Positions 59,501 through 64,000 of a stretch of DNA of 64,000 nucleotides are shown here, piece by piece; the first letter of the stretch is position 1, and every line of letters begins with the position of its first letter. The notes below the pieces were generated by a model that ran no database searches, had not been told where the DNA came from, and worked only from the letters and a program-made list of their open reading frames with translations. Source of the stretch: a virus (lineage: Duplodnaviria; Caudoviricetes). Where the stretch lies: positions 96,001 to 160,000 of IMG/VR virus record IMGVR_UViG_3300028805_002025. One strand, 5' to 3'. Made by a program: the position numbers and the translations under genes.

Positions 59501-62500
59501 TAAGGTCAGTTGTAAGGCTTTTTACAACTGAAGAATCCTGGTTAAGGAGTGCCCTGTTTATTCCTGTTGCTTTAAAGGTTGACACATAGCAATTAGGGCT
59601 ACCGAACTTAAGTACATTCTTATCCTTATCGTTTCTTATTGTCAAGTATTTTGAAATGGTATTGTAATTCCTGTTGCTCCAGTCAAGGAAGTATCTGACA
59701 AGCTTTATCCTTGCTAACGGATTAAGACTATTCAAGAAAGGAGTCATCTTTATCTCAAATGCAGCTGAAACAGGCAATTTCTTCCTTATATTCTCAAAAA
59801 TCTTTCCATACTTGTGAGTAAACTGCAATCCTATACCGTTTGCAGATGAATGCGCTGCAAGTACAGCACCAATCTGTAATACTAGAAGCTTAGGCACATT
59901 ACAGAATGTCTTCTCAAGCCCGTCTTTATTGTAGAATATACTGCCTTCATAGTCGAAGCAGTCAATACCCATCAAGAAGAATGCTGTCTTAACGTTTGCT
60001 GGAGTGTATGTATGGGTACTTGCATTCCAGCCTCCAAGAAGATAGTAGTCATCTGTCAAGAACAATGAGTAGTTTTTATCAATTTCATATAGTTCATTAA
60101 CCTTCTTAAAACCGAATACCTCAGTTATAGTGCCGTTATTCACAGTACCATTTTCTATATCAAGATTAAAATAGCTCTCAAGCTCCTGGTCTCCACTAAG
60201 GTATGTAGTTCCATCTTCTGACTTTTCCCCAACATACAAAGGTTTTCCAGGCTCTATATTCTTGTCAGTTGTCACATTATCTCCACGATATGTCTCTGGC
60301 AATGTTGCATTGAATGATGATAGGAAGTCCTTTGATGTATTGAACATTTCCTTATATACGCTTGGGTTAATCGTAGAGGCACTTAGCAACGTTCCAGCTA
60401 TCTGCTTGTACGCATCTGAACCATTTGCAGCCGCATTCTCAAGTGTAGCCTTTATGTAGTTTGCACGACTTGAGATATACACAGTATTGAACATGTTTGA
60501 CTTTCTACTTTTCAAGAACTTTCCAAGTATAGCATCATGGTCTCTCAACCTACTTGCTGCTATATTGTTGTTTTCTACCTCAACTTGGTCTCCATCGAAT
60601 ACCTTCAATGTGTTATCCATGTTGTAGAAAGACATATTTTGTAATGGATACAGGAAAATCTTCTCTGCCTTATGTGATGTTGAATATCTCTCAAGCCAGA
60701 ACCCATTTGCCTCATTGAACAATGGCTGCTTACTACCTTCCTTATACCAAGGCATCTTCTCGTTTGGAGTTGATGTAACAATGTCAATAATCTTCTTACC
60801 AGTGTTTATTGCACCATTCTCTCCAATCTCTTTCATAAGGTTTACGTTTGTAATCCTAACGAGATTGTAGAAATTCTCAGCTTCAGTCTCTGCTATTTCC
60901 TTAATCTTAGATGTCCAGTTTGTGTTGTATTCCTTTCTGAATGAATTAATTGAAAGAATGTCAAACATCCTCATGCAGACCTTTCCAGCGAAAGCATATC
61001 TGTCGTTAGATATATCAGTCTCTGTTCCATAAGGGTTTGAATCAAGGAAGAAATCAAATGCTGCAAGAGGGAATTTGACAACACAAGTATCTTCTTCTCT
61101 CTCAGCAATATCCCTATTCTGCTCATTAACTGTTGCATTCATCTGGTCTTCCAGCTTTTTAATCATTGCAACGGCATTGAACAGACCGTTTATCATATCA
61201 ACCTCCTTAAATCCTATACCCTTGTTGAAGTTACCAACCCAGGCATCCTCTCTCTTGGTAATACCATCACTGTCTGTAATAAGTTTTGTCACACGTGGGA
61301 ATGGAGGAATATATTTAACATTTGAGTTAACGTCACAGCAATCACCGTCATCACCAACAGATATTCCAAGGTCGGTAGCCGTCCTCGTCTTAGTCTGTTC
61401 GATAACGTCATACATCATAGCCATAAGGGTCTCCAAGTGAGCCATCACAATCTTTGTGAAGTTCTCAATGCTAGGATACCACCCCATCTGAGCAAACATA
61501 TACCTGTTGTGCTCCTTTAATTTTTTCTCTCTTAACTTCCTGTCGTATGTCTTATTTGAGTCCTCTATGAGGGCATTAATTCTTCTCTTTACATCGCTGT
61601 AATCCACCTCAATTACGAATGCGTCGATATACTGGTGTACACCGTCGTCATATATTTTCCTAAGTCTCCTAGTTCTGTCCTTCTCATTGAATATCACCTT
61701 GATGGTTTCTTCTCTAGGAAGCACATTGTCACGATGGAATCCCTCAAATACAATCTCCTTCTTTCTGTCATTATACCACAGCTCATTGAAGGTCTTAACC
61801 TTTGTATACTGGCTGAAGTCCTTACTTACGTTTGTAAGCTTCCTGTAGGACTCACTTGATGAATTGTATTTCTCAATGGCATTATAAAGGTCTATATTCG
61901 TCTGTCTGAAGTCATTGTCGTACTGTAAGTACTCATCAGCAAGGTTGCCACCTGTAATATTCTTTCCGTTAGTGAGAATGACAATTCTCTCATATTCTTT
62001 ATCGTTGTTTTCTCCACCGAATACAAAGACAAAATCCTTTCCGTATTTCTTTGCTGCAAGTTCGTAAAGCTTTGAATACCAGCTCCTATAGAGTCTCTTG
62101 AGTTCATCCAACTGTCCTATTTCAAGTTCATGACCCATTTCCTCGTCATCAACAGTAGTAACCTGCTGGTCTGTATCTGACTGGTTCATGGCTGTTTTTA
62201 TAAACTGTCTAATCTCATAGAGCTTAGGCATATTCACCATGTCCTGTCCAGACTTGTCTGGTAGTCTGAATCTACCGTTGTTTACGTTGTCATTCCAATA
62301 TTTAGCTCCTATATAGTCTGAATAAGGTGCTGCAAGCAAGGCATCAAATGATATATCAGACATGAAAGAGTAGGCGAAGCCAATAAACTTCGCTGTAACG
62401 TCAAAGTCACCAGTCCTGGAGTTAAATGCAGCGTCAAAGTTCTGACACATAACCTCATACGAAACTGGTCTTCCATAGAATCCCTTTACATGAACGGTAA

Positions 62501-63059
62501 ACTTAGGAAGAGGCAAAACAAAGAATGCATGGAAGAATGACTGGGCGATATTACCCTGGTCAAATCCCCTAATTCCATTGAATGACTGGTTATTATTAAG
62601 CTCCGTTGGTTGGAACAATGACATACCCCTAACATCAGTGAACTTAATCGTGATGATAGGGACGCAGGCATTGTTGTACTCGATGTCAAGTGACTTAATA
62701 CCAATCATTTCAGTAGTACCATAGTCAACAAGGTCTGTAACGAACATATCGGCATACTTGCTGGTCAACATGTTAGGAGAACCTGCAACCTGCATCTTGC
62801 TTCCACTCATGAAGCTAACCCTGTCCTCTTCTCCGTTACCCTTGCTCCTATATGACATCATTATAACGGTGTTCTCCTTGGTATTCTCACGAACGGCATC
62901 CTCCCTGCTGGATAACTCAACCTCAATGTCGAGTGCTATACAGTAGTCTTCAAGGTTTGGTGCTCTGTCATAGAATCCATCACCAGCTATAACGCCTTTA
63001 TTAAAGGTATTAACGTCATTTGGTTCTACATACGCAACACTTGAATGGTGTTTTGGCAT
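56502..63059 (-). CDS. baseplate hub-like protein with phage tail lysozyme and C-terminal CHAP/NlpC-type amidase domains
   Basis: 2185 aa; hub-type segments GIKSLDIEY...ITIKFTDVRG and CRVEMMGCAWIQP...GSYMIMKVTH; lysozyme-like AAGIVGNMAVETG...NPQAIN...GLCMW; peptidase-like KCATYVEDAI...PGDV...HACMY...WWSDF. Confidence 0.75.
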   Translation of the reverse strand: MPKHHSSVAYVEPNDVNTFNKGVIAGDGFYDRAPNLEDYCIALDIEVELSSREDAVRENTKENTVIMMSYRSKGNGEEDRVSFMSGSKMQVAGSPNMLTSKYADMFVTDLVDYGTTEMIGIKSLDIEYNNACVPIITIKFTDVRGMSLFQPTELNNNQSFNGIRGFDQGNIAQSFFHAFFVLPLPKFTVHVKGFYGRPVSYEVMCQNFDAAFNSRTGDFDVTAKFIGFAYSFMSDISFDALLAAPYSDYIGAKYWNDNVNNGRFRLPDKSGQDMVNMPKLYEIRQFIKTAMNQSDTDQQVTTVDDEEMGHELEIGQLDELKRLYRSWYSKLYELAAKKYGKDFVFVFGGENNDKEYERIVILTNGKNITGGNLADEYLQYDNDFRQTNIDLYNAIEKYNSSSESYRKLTNVSKDFSQYTKVKTFNELWYNDRKKEIVFEGFHRDNVLPREETIKVIFNEKDRTRRLRKIYDDGVHQYIDAFVIEVDYSDVKRRINALIEDSNKTYDRKLREKKLKEHNRYMFAQMGWYPSIENFTKIVMAHLETLMAMMYDVIEQTKTRTATDLGISVGDDGDCCDVNSNVKYIPPFPRVTKLITDSDGITKREDAWVGNFNKGIGFKEVDMINGLFNAVAMIKKLEDQMNATVNEQNRDIAEREEDTCVVKFPLAAFDFFLDSNPYGTETDISNDRYAFAGKVCMRMFDILSINSFRKEYNTNWTSKIKEIAETEAENFYNLVRITNVNLMKEIGENGAINTGKKIIDIVTSTPNEKMPWYKEGSKQPLFNEANGFWLERYSTSHKAEKIFLYPLQNMSFYNMDNTLKVFDGDQVEVENNNIAASRLRDHDAILGKFLKSRKSNMFNTVYISSRANYIKATLENAAANGSDAYKQIAGTLLSASTINPSVYKEMFNTSKDFLSSFNATLPETYRGDNVTTDKNIEPGKPLYVGEKSEDGTTYLSGDQELESYFNLDIENGTVNNGTITEVFGFKKVNELYEIDKNYSLFLTDDYYLLGGWNASTHTYTPANVKTAFFLMGIDCFDYEGSIFYNKDGLEKTFCNVPKLLVLQIGAVLAAHSSANGIGLQFTHKYGKIFENIRKKLPVSAAFEIKMTPFLNSLNPLARIKLVRYFLDWSNRNYNTISKYLTIRNDKDKNVLKFGSPNCYVSTFKATGINRALLNQDSSVVKSLTTDLMSPIMFVRGNVNASVDAGDGTSLSRAAFKLDKTQVEVYLDSFLTKLRELLNIGQPQEATNNATTIAKEPSQTTEDMKIELYRYLKQVFDKWIPTTDKREWNYETFFTESGGTSGETSESTGHLFHFIDSYYNKVGNKLLINPLKLADKIMLSMSYSDVNVMLFNFLAEVYAEHRCMMKCIQNFRDLSKGMEDLFHPIPYMKMGMPKKHPDFVVVYTYAASKSLNVSNSEFNDDGFMLNDELETPLAIRSRGSSDDESSESSTYYKIPAFGVSYGRQYQSYFKDVRVDMQNPIMTQQAIIAKHSILSASRNDQRKISTSQDLYDIYTNQSYTCRVEMMGCAWIQPLMYFVLLNIPMFRGSYMIMKVTHRMRPGDMTTEIVGCRMANVSNRLVENIFTDETDENTDDVNPSSNDSSSKADVNNDCPYKIFPVSEDEDGVTMSGSETENAYKLMKILMSCMPSGMSDSEKKIVAAGIVGNMAVETGPVKGVNPYRFNPQAINPNDKKYVAAGLCMWNDSYYTLHQMLDNDYQNYGHGNYTSHYVPSTVNTVKERLKDKSAEYQCNFVVKSLYNNTNVKEQKLWKKLSGATNPRDAAHIFCNGKSSKSQYAGYENPNPADAHLDDRMDWAEKVYNGYKEGGSTKSTSTDPKHNTKNFPELFFKAVQDSAWSSPSTSVNLDPTYKDGGLIMFKQKDGKRDKLGNVFDIILNGYYQYVQNLIWYYNNAPNEEPIAIVATVAENPKIANRSIFILKESDTQTSRTDIPNDPTQINEKFLRAIAKRYPDPVNNKILVKEVPQFRGKQEMLKDYVPGECPTCETSIDNTGTSSGVEPKKDSAGDLRIKDWNISATIRWFKSHAITNPPPYGNGKCATYVEDAIHAGGLPRMQCGGSGAATNLHYRGVLKKYGFNLEYSGTCTKNSRNTDFKVQPGDVSIIGWDVDKGEPGAYHACMYTGDGWWSDFNQGGKMSPYGNDWNSRKKKWNYPDSKGYKLPYFIYRYTGNKA

Positions 63060-63069
63060 ATATTTTTAC

Positions 63070-63387
63070 TTAATTTAATCCGTATAATTTATCGTATTTC
63101 TCGATTTCATCCTCATAGCCCTGTATGGCTACATCAAGAGGGTATGGTATCCTCAGCTTCGCATTGTCGTCTATCATAAACTCCAAAGACCCTTGCTCTG
63201 GATTAGCCTGTAGTATTAGCCATCCATAGTTAGGGTCGTTGTAGTACTGGTAAGACAGAAGGTCTAGCCTTGTCTTACCAGCTTCATAGAATACGAAACA
63301 GTCCGTAGACCTCTTAGGTATGGTTATGAACGGTATGTTCTTATAAGCACCGTCCACTATAAACGAATTGTATCTACTGTGATTCAT
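63070..63387 (-). CDS. LysM-like baseplate wedge protein (T4 gp53-like)
   Basis: RLDLLSYQYYNDPNYGWLILQANP...LRIP. Confidence 0.75.
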   Translation of the reverse strand: MNHSRYNSFIVDGAYKNIPFITIPKRSTDCFVFYEAGKTRLDLLSYQYYNDPNYGWLILQANPEQGSLEFMIDDNAKLRIPYPLDVAIQGYEDEIEKYDKLYGLN

Positions 63388-63399
63388 AATGAATTAATT

Positions 63400-63999
63400 T
63401 TAAAAGTCTTCAAGTCCAACACCGTCTCTATCGATGTCTTCGTTAACCTGGTCTCCGACAATACCAGTTCTCTTCCTAACTCCATAAGGATTTGGATATG
63501 TGAACGGCTTGTATTTAACCTCTCTACCGTCACCGTTGTCACTGTATAAGACTCTCTCAGCACGGTTGTCATATACACTGGCATTAGCGTAGTAGTTGAA
63601 CGAAACAGCATTCTGAAGCCTTGAGATAGGTCCTGCCAAATCGCTTCCTCCAAGGAATGTGAATGACATGCTCACCTTTGCGAACATAGGCATCACGCCT
63701 ATTCCCTCTGGGTTCAAATCCCACTGTGCATTCTCATACTGTATGTTGATGCTGTTTATGATAATCTTCGTATAATAGAAGTCACCAAGTCTCAATACAC
63801 ATACTGGTGGTCTACCGAACGCTAAGTTATATGCTGTTTTAGCATGATAGTCGCTGTTACCAATGGTAGGTCCTTGTCTGGTACACTGCTGCAAGAATGT
63901 GAGTCTTGCATTGAATCCCTCTGGGGATATTGAGTGGAATGCTGGGTCGAAGTATTTAATCTTCTCTGTTATCAAGTGATGCATGAATGGTGCATTTCT
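63400..63999 (-). CDS. baseplate / tail-tube-initiator-like protein, C-terminal part (start outside window)
   Basis: PPVCVLRLGDFY...IINSINIQYE..QWDLN...MPMFAKVSMSFTFLG resembles gp48/gp54-type tube initiators; frame open to the window edge. Confidence 0.6.
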   Translation of the reverse strand, partial: RNAPFMHHLITEKIKYFDPAFHSISPEGFNARLTFLQQCTRQGPTIGNSDYHAKTAYNLAFGRPPVCVLRLGDFYYTKIIINSINIQYENAQWDLNPEGIGVMPMFAKVSMSFTFLGGSDLAGPISRLQNAVSFNYYANASVYDNRAERVLYSDNGDGREVKYKPFTYPNPYGVRKRTGIVGDQVNEDIDRDGVGLEDF

Positions 64000-64000
64000 C

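Noticed and set aside
1-64000. TAG stop-codon recoding as in Lak megaphages and some crAss-like phages
   Set aside because: Long ORFs are intact in the standard code, and TAG ends genes at natural boundaries (587, 6904, 12018, 39632, 52236)
1-64000. tRNA, rRNA, integrase or IS elements
   Set aside because: Intergenic gaps are short and AT-rich with no cloverleaf seen; no transposase or integrase motifs recognised

Overview
This window is 64 kb of a large tailed (myovirus-like, probably jumbo) dsDNA phage genome. It uses the standard genetic code, and almost all genes lie on the minus strand. The host is inferred to be a Bacteroidota bacterium, probably anaerobic Bacteroidales: eight intergenic sites match the Bacteroidetes -33 TTTG / -7 TAnnTTTG promoter with an invariant 20-nt spacer, and the window encodes a class III RNR and a Bacteroidetes-type TonB-dependent receptor. 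Layout: (i) 3' end of an SbcD/gp47-like nuclease; (ii) a ~27 kb baseplate/tail structural block (590-27882) with gp25-like and gp6-like wedge genes and one free-standing endonuclease; (iii) an accessory island (27993-35578) with a TonB-dependent receptor, PnuC, a NadR-like nucleotidyltransferase/kinase and a radical SAM enzyme; (iv) homing endonucleases flanking a neck-protein gene; (v) nrdD with a LAGLIDADG intein at the active-site Cys, plus nrdG; (vi) replication/recombination genes (helicase, 5'-3' exonuclease, RecA/UvsX, thymidine kinase, gp32-like SSB); (vii) a 2185-aa baseplate hub with two peptidoglycan hydrolase domains and further baseplate genes. Best candidates for new biology: a phage-encoded two-membrane nicotinamide-riboside/B-vitamin import and NAD+ salvage module coupled to a radical SAM enzyme; an orphan promoter-to-terminator ~100-nt RNA at ~50032-50131; fused terminator/promoter cassettes; and a strongly over-represented S-[G/A]-x-T motif in several virion proteins. 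All product calls come from motif recognition by eye, with no database searches.
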